Shown one piece after another: positions 1-12,530 of a stretch of DNA of 64,000 nucleotides. The notes beneath the pieces are model-generated. The model saw only the letters and a list, made by a program, of their open reading frames with translations, did no database searches and was not told where the DNA came from. A program made the position numbers and the translations under genes. The stretch covers positions 15,323 to 79,322 of the forward strand of contig NW_021833122.1 in NCBI RefSeq assembly GCF_006345805.1. The letters are read 5' to 3'. The number at the start of each line of letters is the position of its first letter. Positions within the stretch are counted from its first letter, which is position 1. The DNA comes from Octopus sinensis (lineage: Eukaryota).

Positions 1-80
<80 letters not shown>

Positions 81-99
81 ATATATATATATATATATA

Positions 100-139
<40 letters not shown>

Positions 140-148
140 ATGTGTGTG

Positions 149-180
<32 letters not shown>

Positions 181-1775
181 ATGTAGAAACGTAACATACG
201 GGTTGATATGCGTGAGGAAAATAAGACAATGTAGAAAATGCTAAAATGATTTTATCACGAAATACATTTTAGTACTGTTTCCGTCTTTTAGACTTTGTTC
301 ACTAAGAGTAAAATACGAAAAACAATTATATTGCTGAAAGGAACAGAGACTGAGGCAGACTATCTGAAGACTTTGGAAATATCTAACTATTTAAAGACTG
401 TGGAAATATCTACAAAACATTTCACTTAATTTGTTTTCTCCAACTTAATTGTTTTTCTTATTTTACACTTAGTTGAAAAAGTTTAAATGAACGAAACCGG
501 TACTAAAAGGATAAAATTAAATACAAAATAAGTTAATATCGAACAATGAGAATGATTGCTCAACACCACATCAGTGGATAGAGATTTGCATGTATGTGTG
601 TATCTGTGCATATATGCAAAGTACCATATGATGTATAGAGTAAAGTGTGATGTATAATAATTTATGGATCTGCACAAAACATATAAAATATGCACAATTA
701 TATATCATCACTCAATGTTAGTAAATACCGTGAAGTCATCGAAGATGAAAAAGAGATAGCTGTGAATCGAAATTTCGTTGCTTACCTATATGCTGTTAGA
801 GTAGTGGTTGGGTTCAATACTTGATAAGTATAGTCTTAATATCTTGGTGATGTTTACTTGGTTGTTGTTTAGGGAAACAGTGCAGGACTAGTATTAGGTA
901 TGGATTATGCTTGTGCGTAAAATATTAAGGTTTAGTGACGAATGTATCTATACTGTGAAGGTGATGAAAAACTAAAACCATAGTGCATGCTATGAGTGAC
1001 ACGTCTCTTTTATACTAAAGAATAATGTGAACTGAACAACAGAAAGATACATATTCTGTTCGTCAATATAAAGCATATACTCCAGGAAATGTCCTATAAT
1101 CATAACTAGTTCAGTAATTCATTGGAATTAGTGGTATATTATTTAATGAAGTAGACAAACACAACTCCGGGCATTGTGCGCTTTGTTTTATGTGAATGAT
1201 ATTCTTTGACGATTTAGGAGGAAATATTTGGCCCAGTATTCATTTCTAACGTGGACACAAAGCCACGTCTTGAAATAAAAGATAGAATTCTTTAAAATGA
1301 CCTCAGTATTTTGTTAGTAATTCATTTATCGACTCCTAGTGGATAAGGCATTAAGAGGAAATTGGTGGGTTTGGCTTTCTGAAATGTATGTAACGGTAAC
1401 TAAATATCGCAATGTAATTTGTTCGCCACTCTATCGATTTCATCACTCACCGCCCACATATTTGAGACAGTATTAATCAACCAACTTCACGTATGAAAAC
1501 CAACATATGATTATAAAATATGCTTTACTCCTACTAATTATTTACAACGAGTAAATGGTTGGAACCAGTAAGAGAATAGATGGAGATTTTATTGCTCTGA
1601 AATTATGATCATTTCAGTTTTCGACAAACTGTTTATAATTTCCATATAAACTATCATACACACATACATAGACACACGCTCAAACAAACAAATACACACA
1701 CAATACATATATATATATATATATATATATATGCGTGTTTGTGTGTGTATGTGGGTGTGGGTGTGTTTGTGTAAA

Positions 1776-2062
1776 GGCGCATGGCTCAGTGCTTAGAGCA
1801 TCGAGGTTACGATCGTGTGATTGCGAGTTCGATTCTCGGACTGGGCTGCGTGTTGTGTTCTTGAGCAAGACATTTTATTTCACGTTGCTCCAGTTAACTC
1901 ACCTTTGCCTTTCCCGTGGATAACATCAGTTATGTGGAGAGAGGAAGCGGGTATGCATGGGCGACTGCTGGCCGTCCGCAAACAACCTTGCGGGACTTGT
2001 GCCTCAAGGGTAACTCTCTAGGTGCAATTCCATGGTCTTTCGTGACCGAAGGGTGTCTCCTC
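1776..2062 (+). mobile_element. tRNA-derived SINE
   Basis: A-box-like TGGCTCAGTGCTTAGAGC and B-box-like GAGTTCGATTCTC head, then a non-tRNA body ending in an (ATAC)n/(TA)n tail. Confidence 0.8.
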
Positions 2063-2753
2063 CTATACATACATACATACATATATATATATATATACTT
2101 GTCAAATTTTTTTAATATTTTCTCAAGGTTTTCCCTTGTTAACTGTTTTTAACACGTTCTTATTATTATCAAAGAATGTATATATGTATTGTAATATTTT
2201 GTTACAACCAGTACCTAACACAACAAAGATTTTACATGTTACTTTCGACAATCTTTTTCTAAAAAAGTGAAATCGATCAAGTAAATAAACATCTTTTAAA
2301 ATTGCATTTCAAACCTTCTTTCATATATATATATCCAAATAACTTACTCAATAATTTTACATTTTCAATGCAAAACCAAACTGCTAACGACTAATTAATT
2401 TACTCTGGCATATTCGTTAAAAAAATGTGGTTATTAAAATTACATGATTTTCTAATGATATATTGGACTATCTAAGATATTGGACTATCTATGTGTGAGT
2501 GCTACATTAGTAAATTCTTGCATGCATTAATTTCTTTGTAAAAAGAAAAAAGATTGGCATCGTGATGTTAAATACGTTTAAGAAATACCCGTATTAGTAA
2601 GATAATGTTACGATTTTAACCAGCAATGAGACCTTACATGATAAAAGACGCACCTAGTATTCAGGTGGTCAGATACAATGCATTGTGATGATGGTGGAAA
2701 TGAAATACAAAACCCACAAAAACACGTTACTCACCGTTTCTATCTAGTATTAA

Positions 2754-3047
2754 CTAAGATACACAGTCGCATCCAGACTTGTAAGGAGGCCTCTCGTCAA
2801 GAGATTTATGCATTTTGTATGTGCCCTTACAATAACTAAAAAAACCACACATATTAGTCATTATACAACTTGATGCGCAATCTATGAGTGAACGTGCGGT
2901 TTGAGTTCCAATCAACCAGTTATCCAGGCACGCTATCTTGCTCATTTTTCCATAATAACTTGCATGGTTCGATTCGCCAATCTCCAACGTCACGAGAAAT
3001 ATAATGGTGAAAACCCGCAGTAGGTTGTAGAGTACATGCATTTTCAT
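2754..3047 (-). CDS. Left-arm copy of exon A: signal peptide + Cys-rich PAN/Apple-like module (exon 2,735-3,049)
   Basis: 97-aa ORF MKMHVLYNLLRVFTIIFLVTLEIGES...RSLIDCASSCIMTNMCGFFSYCKG...GCDCVS*. Hydrophobic N-terminus and C-x3-C-x5-C-x2-F-x-Y spacing. On the minus strand, a TTTTTCAG acceptor sits 2 nt before the ATG and a GTGAGT donor 19 nt after the TAG. Confidence 0.6.
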   Translation of the reverse strand: MKMHVLYNLLRVFTIIFLVTLEIGESNHASYYGKMSKIACLDNWLIGTQTARSLIDCASSCIMTNMCGFFSYCKGTYKMHKSLDERPPYKSGCDCVS

Positions 3048-3107
3048 TCCTGAAAAATATATAAAGCAATATATACATGTGTGTGTATGTGTGCATGTGT
3101 GTATCTC

Positions 3108-3495
3108 TGTATCCGCTCAGTCGAAGTCGACTCTCAGTCACTCGTTGGATCAGTGTTCTCCAGTCAGTTCTATCATGGGCCGCTTCTTTCAGATTGGATA
3201 TGTCCATTCCGCTATCACTCTTGATGGGTTCAAGCCAGCGAGTTCTTGGTCGACCTCTTCCTCTTTTGCCACTGACCATTCGGAGCATGATGTCCTTCTC
3301 CAGGGATTTTCTCCGCATAATATAACCAAAATATGCCAATCTATGCTTGGCGATCCTAGCTTCTAGCGACATTTTCGGCCTTATCTTCTTAAGAACTTTT
3401 CCATTGGTGAGCCTCGCTGTCCATGGAATCCGCAAAAGTCTTCTCCAACACCAAAGCTCGAATGCATTTATTCTCTTCTGGTCAGCTTTTACTAA
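3108..3495 (-). mobile_element. RTE (BovB-like) LINE, 5'-truncated 3' end
   Basis: Translation RINAFELWCWRRLLRIPWTAR...RLAYFGYIMRR...GKRGRGRPRTRWL...DRTDWR is the typical RTE ORF C-terminus. Confidence 0.9.
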
Positions 3496-4919
3496 AAGGA
3501 AATGGAGCAGTAATATAGTGGATACTTTGTTACATTCATTTGTATCTCGATGTATAAAGTCATACATAAAATATTTGAAATGAAAAGGCATAGAATCAAC
3601 AAAAGAAATAAGCATAAAAGAATCTCCAATATTACTAGGACTTATTATCATTTATTTTCTAAAATCTTATAAACAAACTTCCACAGCTCCATGTATATAT
3701 ATATATATTATATATATATATATATATCGATATTATCCACAAATCTTATATATATGTAATTCACTAGTAAAACAAATTATATTTTTTATATCATGGGAAA
3801 ATCGTAGAGTAAAAAATGTTTGACTACACGATGAAAGGGAGTTTGCTAGTTATTAAAGTTATACTTTAGAAAAATCTAACGGATTATAAAATCTACCTCA
3901 TATTAAACATTTTATTTCGTATAAAAATATAAATTCTCTCACATGTCAGTGCACTATAATTTTTTTATATACATGCTACTTTTCTTAGAACAATAGAAAG
4001 TATAACTTAGTACACCGAAATGCTAAATAATAATAGTTATTATAACTTTTGTCCGAAATACATTCAAAAATATTATCGTAGCATACAATATATCATAGCA
4101 TTTCCCTTTTTCCTCTTTCATATCCTAATCTTTTTGTATCTTATACCCGACATAAAAAATTCATGTGTTTTTCTTCTCCCACTTTTCTCCCATTTTGTTA
4201 CAATTCATTATTTTTCGCCCCTCATAAAATGTTTTCTTGTTTTCTTTCTATAACCTTATTAAATTTTTTGCGCATAAATATTTAAATTCCTCTCCAAAGT
4301 ATGTAAACAACAATTTTTCTCTGAATAAGGAAATTTATACAAGAGTACATTGAAATGCAAAATAACTAATAGTTATTTTACTATATAATACTTATTTTGT
4401 CAAATCTATTATAGTATTTTAGCAAGATTTCATTTGATAATATCACTCCACAGGACCTCGGCGTCCTAATGAATTATTGCTTACGTTATTTGAATATTTG
4501 TTCTTTCGTTATTTGAATATATGTTATTTATTACTTATTTCGTTGCTCACTACCAGAAAGTAAACATCTTCCCTGTGGATATCCAGGCATAATATGGGGT
4601 TATTTTACATGTATCATCGCTCGAATGGAGATGATCTAAATATAATGGCAGGATTGAAACATATGTAGGATTCTTCTATAATTATTTCTTTTGCTGATTC
4701 TGTTTCTTTTAATTTCAAATATTTTATGTATTACTTTCTTCATCGTAACACAAATAAAATTAACTAAGTTTCCAATATATTTCTTTATTTTCTTTCATTT
4801 ACTTTACACATTATTGGTTTATCCAAATATGTTGCAGAACTTTCTTTCAATACATTTGATAAAACCAGTTGATATCTGGATTTAAAAAAATAATATCCCA
4901 GATGATAAAGTTGCAAACT

Positions 4920-4962
<43 letters not shown>

Positions 4963-4966
<4 letters not shown>

Positions 4967-5345
4967 AACCACGTAGTTCCGGGTTCATTCCCACTGCGTG
5001 GCACCTTGGGAAAGTGTCTTCTAATATAGCCTCGGGCCGACTAAAGCCTGTGAGTTGATTTGGTAGACGGAAACTGAAAGAAGCCTGTCGTATATATGTA
5101 TATATATATATATGCGTGTGTGCGTGTATGTTTGTGTTTGTCCCCCTATCATTGCTTGACAACCGATGCTGGTGTGTTTATGTCCCCGTCACTTAGCGGT
5201 TCGGCAAAAGAGACCGATAGAATAAGTACTGGGCTTACAAAGAATAAGTCCTGGGGTTGAGTTGCTCGATAAAGGCGGTGCTCCAGCATGGCCGCAGTCA
5301 AATGACTGAAACAAGTAAAAGAGTAAAAGAGAGTAAAGAGTAATA
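4963..5345 (+). mobile_element. Abundant tRNA-derived SINE (head clipped); left arm only
   Basis: B-box-like GGGTTCATTCCC, internal (TA)/(TG) tract, GAGTAAAA-repeat tail. Same family at 17,530, 43,445 and 63,300. Confidence 0.85.
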
Positions 5346-5384
5346 TATATGTGTGTGTGTGTGTGTGTTTGTGTGTATATATAT

Positions 5385-5418
<34 letters not shown>

Positions 5419-5584
5419 CATACATATACACACAGGGTTAGCCCAAATTAATGGAATCACCTTAAAATTTCGAACAAATTTATCTTAAATTTGTACAGGA
5501 CCGCCTTTCGCAGTAATTAACAACTTGAATTCTACGAAGATTTTAAAAATTATTCCACACGAGGAAGTTGCAAACTCAATATAT

Positions 5585-5637
<53 letters not shown>

Positions 5638-5704
5638 TTATACATTACATGTGCGTGTATGTATATATATATATGTGTGTGTATGTGCATATATATATAT
5701 ATGC

Positions 5705-6306
5705 ATATAAATTCAACAACAATTGAGGAATGGCCTTAATAGGCCATTCGACCCACTAGAAAGAGCAGCCAGGACTCAAACCGCTAAGTAGTAGTAATTC
5801 AGATATTAAAGGAAAATTTAAAACATTTACCCTAATTCATCTTTAGACAATGCATTGTTTCGGTGTTTTTAATGGCAAACCAGCTTAATTAAATTAAATT
5901 AAGTCAATCTACCAAAGGCTACACCTCATCGGTAAAGAAGCCAGGAGAGACAGATATACACGAGGCAGTTGTATCTATGCCCTAGGAATATCTGCCTAAA
6001 ATTTTCAAAACCATCGTACTCGCGCCAACTTATCAGCAGTAAATATAAACTACTGATTCAATTTCAGAATTAGTCAGAAAATCATCAATTAATCAATATA
6101 GGGTAGCAAAAAATTCAATAGAAATTTATCGCCACCAGCGGTCTAGTGAGAAAGAGAAAATAGTCAAGACTATATATATAAATTCAACAACAATTGAGGA
6201 ATGGGCTTAATAGGCCATTCGACCCACTAGAAAGAGCAACCAGGACTCAAACCGCCAAGTAGTAGTAATTCAGAAATTAAAGGAAAATTTAAAACATTTA
6301 CCCTAA
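5705..6306. repeat. ~130-bp direct repeats (5,705-5,835 and 6,177-6,306) bracketing ~340 bp; left arm only
   Basis: AAATTCAACAACAATTGAGGAATGG...ACATTTACCCTAAT occurs twice with about 4 substitutions. Confidence 0.85.
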
Positions 6307-6354
6307 TACATACATACATACATACATACATACATACATACATACATACATACA

Positions 6355-7594
6355 CAGGGTTTGTCCAAAGTAATGGAAACACCTTAAAATATCAAACAAA
6401 TTTATTTAAATTTGAGTAGGACCGACTTTCGCAGTAATTACCAACTTCGATTCTGTGAGGTATAAACTCATAAAAAGTTTGAATTGTTTCCAAAGGAAAT
6501 TGTGTCCAATCTCCAGCTAGAGAGTCTCCAGTTCTTGTAATGGTGATGATGGAATATATCAACTCTTGTTTTACAGAAATGCACCAAAAATGTTCAATAA
6601 TATTGAGATCTGGGGACTGTGGTGGCCAGATGTTCAACTTCAGTAAACATTTTAGCTGTGTTAATTGGTGCATTGTCATCCTGAAACATTGCGTTTCCCT
6701 CCAGAAACAGTTCCGCAACCATAGGATGGATTTGATCAAATGAAATGCTTAGATTGCCTTGACTATTAATTCTACCATAAAGAGAAACCATTGGGCTAGC
6801 GGAAGTCCAATAAATAGCCCCCACGCCAGATCATCACAGATCCTCATCCATGTTTAACACTTGGAAGAAGGCAGTCTGGGACAAATGTTTATTTTGGTTG
6901 TCTCCTCACGTGTACTCGGCCGGTGGTTGGAAATAAGATAAAGGATGAATCATCCGAGAAAATAACTTTTTCAGCTGCTCTAGGGACCAATTCTGTAGGA
7001 TTTTATTCCATTCTAAATGCTTTTCGATGTTTGTATCTGAAGGTAGTGATTTTCTGATTGGAGCCTTCCCGTGAAATCCAGATTTTTGCAGCTCTCGGCG
7101 AAGAGTTTTTGTAGAATCTGGGTCCCGGAGGTGTTCATTAAGCTCTGCAGTAATTTTTCGGGCTGTACTTCTGTGATCCTTTCTAAGAATTTGCATAATA
7201 GTCCAACGGTCCCTATCTGAAAGTATTGTTTTTCTTCCGGAGTTTTGTTTGGACGAGGAGGTTTTTTTACTCTTTCTCAAAGGCTATTATTACTTTCGAG
7301 AGAGTACCTCTTGATACACCAAACATTCGGCTGTTTTCATTAACCTACCGCCTGCCATACGAGCAACAACAATTTCACCTGTTGAAAGTCCGATAGATCT
7401 GTTATTTTAATGAAGTTTACTTTCATTTTTCTGATGATATCTGAAGAGAAACAACTATTTTAGCAAAACATATTAAGCAACACTAATAATAAATCAAAAG
7501 ACATAAAAATCAACAAGCTCTTGATAGTTTTATAGATATTTCAACATTATGATGCTAAGATGTTAGGTGTTTCCATTATTTTGTCCAACGCCTG
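6355..7594 (-). mobile_element. Tc1-family (DD34E-type) DNA transposon, degenerate
   Basis: Imperfect ~30-bp TIRs (CAGGGTTTGTCCAAAGTAATGGAAACACC / CAGGCGTTGGACAAAATAATGGAAACACC). Frameshifted transposase: SGRKTILSDRD..., FQDDNAPIN, WPPQSPDLNIIEHFW. Confidence 0.92.
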
Positions 7595-8600
7595 TATATA
7601 TATATTAGCTGAGATACTTGGCGTTGCTCCAGACTAGAATGGCGTGGTTTATGTATTGTTTTACATGTTTCAGCCATTTGAGTGCGGACATGCTGGAGCA
7701 CCGCCTCTAATCAAATAAATCGACCCCCAGTATTCATTCTTTGTAAGCCTAGTACTGATTTTATCGTCGTCATTTGTCGAACCACTAAAGATTAAGCACA
7801 CGTATTAAATATTAATTTAAGGGTTTGTATGTTACTGTAAATGGCTTGCAAATTTGGAACTGCTACGATAATTATTAACTGGCAATTGTACTGTAAATAT
7901 ATAAACTAAGAGGATCTTAGTGTTGTCGCATGAAAATTGAAAGTGAATGAATAAAAGTGTTACAATATTATAGTGTTATCACATTAGAATTAATACCGGA
8001 AGAATAAAAATGGAAACAATATTATTTCACAATATAGATGTTATTGTTTTACTTTTGACACCTAATAAAGAACCAGTGCAAGACATTGCTCCGGGCCCGC
8101 ATTAGGTGAGAAATTGAAAACGTTTTGGGACCATGATATACATATAGTAAGAGAGACACATACAGGCATATATTTACGCATGTCATAGACACATATACAT
8201 ATGCATGTGTGGATATGTGTGTCCATCTTTAAAGATATATCTAACGTGAAAACACACACACAGTCACAGGGATATATATAATGATGCACTCACACAAACA
8301 TAGACACTCATATACGAAGTATGACGTTGACGCCGAACACGGAAATGACACAAACTGAGACTCGTACACATTCACACACAAACACACACACACACATCAC
8401 ACACATACTCACTCATATAGAAAATGTCACGTTGTCGTCGTCGTTTTCGTGTTCGTATAAAAAGTCGTGAACTATATTTTTCTATAGCAAGATTACCTCT
8501 ATTAAATGTTATATTGTGTTAATCGATTAACGAAATAAAAGCACATGTACGAACTGCTAATTTAACAGTAAATGCCGCAATAATTATTCCATAATTATTC

Positions 8601-8639
<39 letters not shown>

Positions 8640-8640
<1 letters not shown>

Positions 8641-9662
8641 GAGGGGCGTTCAATAAGTAATGCCCCTGACCCACTTGCAATTGTTTGATCTAGCTGAAAT
8701 TTTGCAAATGCAATTATTTATATCTCTATAGATTAAATGAAAAACTACAGCTCTGAACTAATTCTGGTTTATGATTTACAGGTGTTTGAACTGAGGCAAG
8801 TGTGAAATGGAGCCTGTTGAGTGTCGAGCAGTGATCCGGTTTTTGTATTTGAAAGGACGCACACCACGGGAGACTTTTGATGAAATGAAAGTAACTTATG
8901 GTGATGGTGCCCCATCATATGACCTTGTAAAACGCTGGAATCGTGAATTCAAACATGGTCGGAACTCTGTGGAAACAGCTCCCAAATCTGGTCGCCCCCT
9001 TTCTGCCATTGATGAGGCATCTGTCCGTCAAGTTGAGGCTGCCATTTTGGAAGATCGACGCATAACTATTTGCTAAATAGCCCATGAGGTCAAGATTAGT
9101 ACCAGGTCAGTGGAAACTATCATTCATGACCATTTGCATATGCAAAAGGTGTCTGCCAGATGGATTCCCAGGCTGCTCACACCTTTCCAGAAGCAAGAAC
9201 GCATCGAGTGCTCGAGGATGAATTTGGAGATGTGCCAAGATGAGTCAAAATTTTTCAAAAGACTGATTACACAGGATGAAACCTGGGTCAATCACTATGA
9301 TCCAGAGACCAAAGCCGAGTCAATGCAGTGGGAACACCGTGACTCACCTCCTCCAAAGAAGGCAAAGGTGCAGCCCTCCGCTGGCAAGGTCATGCTGACA
9401 GTCTTCTGGGACCAGGACGGAGTAGTGATGACAGATTTCCTGGCAAAGGGTACCACAATTACAGGAGCCTATTATGCTTCACTTTTGAGAAAATTAAGAG
9501 AAGCTATCAAAATCTAGAGGTGGGGCAAGATCAGCAAAGGCATCCTCCTCCTGCAGGACAACGCTCCGGTCCACAAGTTGCGTGTCGCCAGATCAGAAGC
9601 ACAGGCGTGCGGCTATGAACTCCTCCCCCCATCCCAATACTCACCTGACCTTGCACCCTCTG
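8640..9662 (+). mobile_element. mariner transposon (Hsmar2/irritans-like TIR), 3'-truncated with in-frame stops
   Basis: TA|CGAGGGGCGTTCAATAAG end. Transposase motifs WIPRLL, ITQDETW, LLQDNAP, HPQYSPDLAPS; the sequence breaks just before the third catalytic Asp and there is no 3' TIR. Confidence 0.92.
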
Positions 9663-9793
9663 AACGATATTTTTCTATAGCAAGATTACCTCTATTAAAT
9701 GTTATAATGTGTTAATCGATTAACGAAATAAAAGCACATGTACGAACTGCTAATTTAACAGTAAATGCCGCAATAATTATTCAATAATTATTC

Positions 9794-9831
<38 letters not shown>

Positions 9832-9909
9832 AGATAGATAGATAGATTAGATAGATAGATAGACAGATACAGGCATACATACATAAAAGCACATAAGGTT
9901 TGGTAAAGA

Positions 9910-11975
9910 AAATGTGATCACGTGTCTTCGTTCATGCTGTTGTGATTATAAAACCTCATTGTAAACAATGTTCCTTGTTTTTCTTGAGCGTATGTAAAGT
10001 TGTTTGTTTTGTCTCCCACTATTGTGCAGCCAACATACAGTTGTTCGGAAAAAAGGACTCGTCGAAGAATATGCCAGTCACAGACGGCCTGATCCTGGGA
10101 TTTATTAGTTGACATCGGAAAATTGAAACGAAGACGGATCTGCAGTTTTCTGAATGAAATGGGAAATTTCTTCTCCTGATGGGATAAATGGAATTCTTGC
10201 AATGAAAACGTCATCACATTTTCTACATCCATAAATTATTGCCTCGATAAACTGTGGCAACATTTTCTTTACTACCAGTCTTGTCCCATTGAAAGGTCGT
10301 GGCGGTTCTAGATTTCGGTGCAGCATACAGGAGTTCCAACTTTAAATGGTAATAAGTGTGGAAGTAGTCCGTCAGTCTCCAAAGAATTGATAAAGTTTGG
10401 TGGATAAATATTGGTGAATAAATTCTGGAATTGGACCAAGTGATTTATAAGTGTGAAGATAATCATCAGCTGTTCGTTATGTTTATTAACAGCGACGTTT
10501 TTTGGAGACAATATTGCTCTGTGACCAATTGTGGTTTTGGTAATTTTCTGTAAGGTTATGAAATACTTTGTCTTTGAGGTCATCATCATGCGGCGTCTAG
10601 GGGCACCTTGCCATCGCCAAGTGTCAAAATATCCTGTTCAAATGTTGCGGACATTTGGTCAGTATGAAGTTGAGCTCGCACGTTAGTGGTCAGAGTCAGG
10701 ATCGTAACAAGATGACACAGAGGCCAGGACTTCACACTCGCTTGGATCTTATCTGTTCTAGTGCCTTTGGAATGACAAGAAGGATCTGCTTGAAATCAAC
10801 CGAGAACAGAAGCATTACAACTCCCACTGGAGACTGATATATCTAATGTTTCTAGAGATCCCTTGTGAGCCACGGTGCACTCGCACAGACGATGAGGTCA
10901 CACATTCTAAGGACCGGTTCCTGGTCTGAGCTTTTGCTCATGTTGCATGAAGGCATCTCAGATGCTTCTAAATTGAGAGGTAGCTTAAATGTCGAGTGTA
11001 TTGTTCTGCCTCCGGGCAACAAAAATATCTGCAATCCATGAACTGCCGCAATATCTTGGTGCTCCCTGAATCCTGCAAGGTAGAGCGTTGTAACAAATGT
11101 TTTTCTTGTCCCTCGGTGCTCCTGGCAGGTCATATGTGGGTAATTCATTTCCACCCGGAGTATTAATTCTGTCTTCGACGTCAATCAGATCTCTCTTGTA
11201 GACTTCATCGTTGATGCCCTCTATATCAGCATAGAGCAGTGAAACTTGAGGCTTAATGTCTTCACCGAGGTCATTTCTCTACTTGAGCAATAACGAGGAA
11301 AACTCGCACAGTTTGTATGTCTATAGCAATACAGCATATAGTGCCCTGAGACTTTTAGGTGGTTTCGATTCAGCAGAGTCTCCTAAAGTTGCATTCTACT
11401 GTACACGGTCTTTTAATAGACCTTGTCGCATTCAGGCGTCTCTGTACGTTGCGCAGACATAACCATCAACTGAATGAGGGCCAGGAAAGTCGTTGGCCCT
11501 CTGACCTCTTCTAGTAGTAGACGACGTTAGAGACACTCGTGTTGACTGGGATGTACTGTGTAAATCGCCCAAGGCAATTATCAAACTTAATGCCGGGGTA
11601 ACAATGAACATCTTGATCTGCTTTTTTCGGAGGCATTTTTTCAATTCCAGGTATAATAGGATGGAATCTGTTCATACAGCAAGGTTTGAACGAATGAGTC
11701 ATCTTGACAAACCTTAAATAATGCGGTGAGTGTTGTGTCCCTTGGTTCTTCTGCCAACAGAGAAGCATTAACGTCGGTGATGTACACCCAGTGACCCTTT
11801 TCCAGGTGAACTGATGGAAGGTGGGATGTCGCTTGTGAAGTGGAAAGCCAAAGATAACTTCGTTCCTACTTATGTACCGTCACACCTGATAGTAAGTCCC
11901 CTTAACCCAGCAGCGTTCTTGTTGAAGGCCAAATATTGGTGTGTCGCAACCTTTGTTGACATACGTATAAACGTA
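9910..11975 (-). mobile_element. Helitron Rep/PIF1-helicase remnant
   Basis: Frameshifted motifs LLPGGRTIHSTFKLPLNL, FKQILLVIPKG, RAILSPKN, LPFKVGTPV/LHRNLEPPRPFNGTRLVV, NKSQDQ, and the VDGYVCATYRDA linker typical of Helitron RepHel. Confidence 0.88.
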
Positions 11976-11979
11976 CTTG

Positions 11980-12312
11980 ATTTTGCTTTGTCTATTTCTT
12001 AGTATGACTTATTGTTTGTATTTGTCAGCTTCCTTGAATATGTAAACAGTTTTTTGTTTTGTTCGTTTTCTGTGGCTATTTCCATTAGATTTCCTTGCTT
12101 CTGAAGTAGGTATTTTTGCCGTTCTATGGGGGTTATTTTGTAATAGTTTTCTACCTGTATAAGGCCTCCACCACCTTCTATACGTTGTATATGTAACCTT
12201 TCTATGTCAGATTTTGGGTGGTGCATCCTAGATCCTGCCATTATTTTTCTGGTATTCCTGTCTATTTAGGTTAGTTCATTTAGTGCCCAGTTAAGGATAT
12301 TGCAACTATAAC
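11980..12312 (-). mobile_element. Old 5'-truncated R4/Dong-type LINE fragment (left-arm copy, with a ~140-bp deletion)
   Basis: GSRMHHPKSDIERLHIQRIEGGGGLIQVENYYK is homologous to 29,717+. Confidence 0.85.
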
Positions 12313-12405
12313 TTATTATTATTATTATTATAATTATTATCATTATCATTATCGTTGTCGTTGTCGATATCATTATTATTATTACTATTATCATTATTAT
12401 TATTA

Positions 12406-12496
<91 letters not shown>

Positions 12497-12530
12497 ATTA
12501 TTATTATTATATTATTATTATTATTATTAT
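12313..12530. repeat. (ATT)n array: empty counterpart of the LINE-filled (TAA)n array in the right arm
   Basis: Flanks match 28,105 and 31,006 in reverse complement; no LINE is present here. Confidence 0.9.

Noticed and set aside
1776-1850. tRNA gene candidates at SINE heads (also 21,800-21,876 and 57,850-57,918)
   Set aside because: A and B boxes are present, but no complete cloverleaf was evident and each continues into a SINE body with a repeat tail.
2920-3651. 243-aa ORF (and mirror 38,049-38,780) as a host gene
   Set aside because: Only the middle is protein-like, and it is an RTE LINE C-terminus; the rest is chance open frame in intronic sequence.
5705-6306. Repeat-spacer-repeat pattern as a CRISPR array
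   Set aside because: Only two repeats, each far too long (130 bp), in eukaryotic context with no cas genes.
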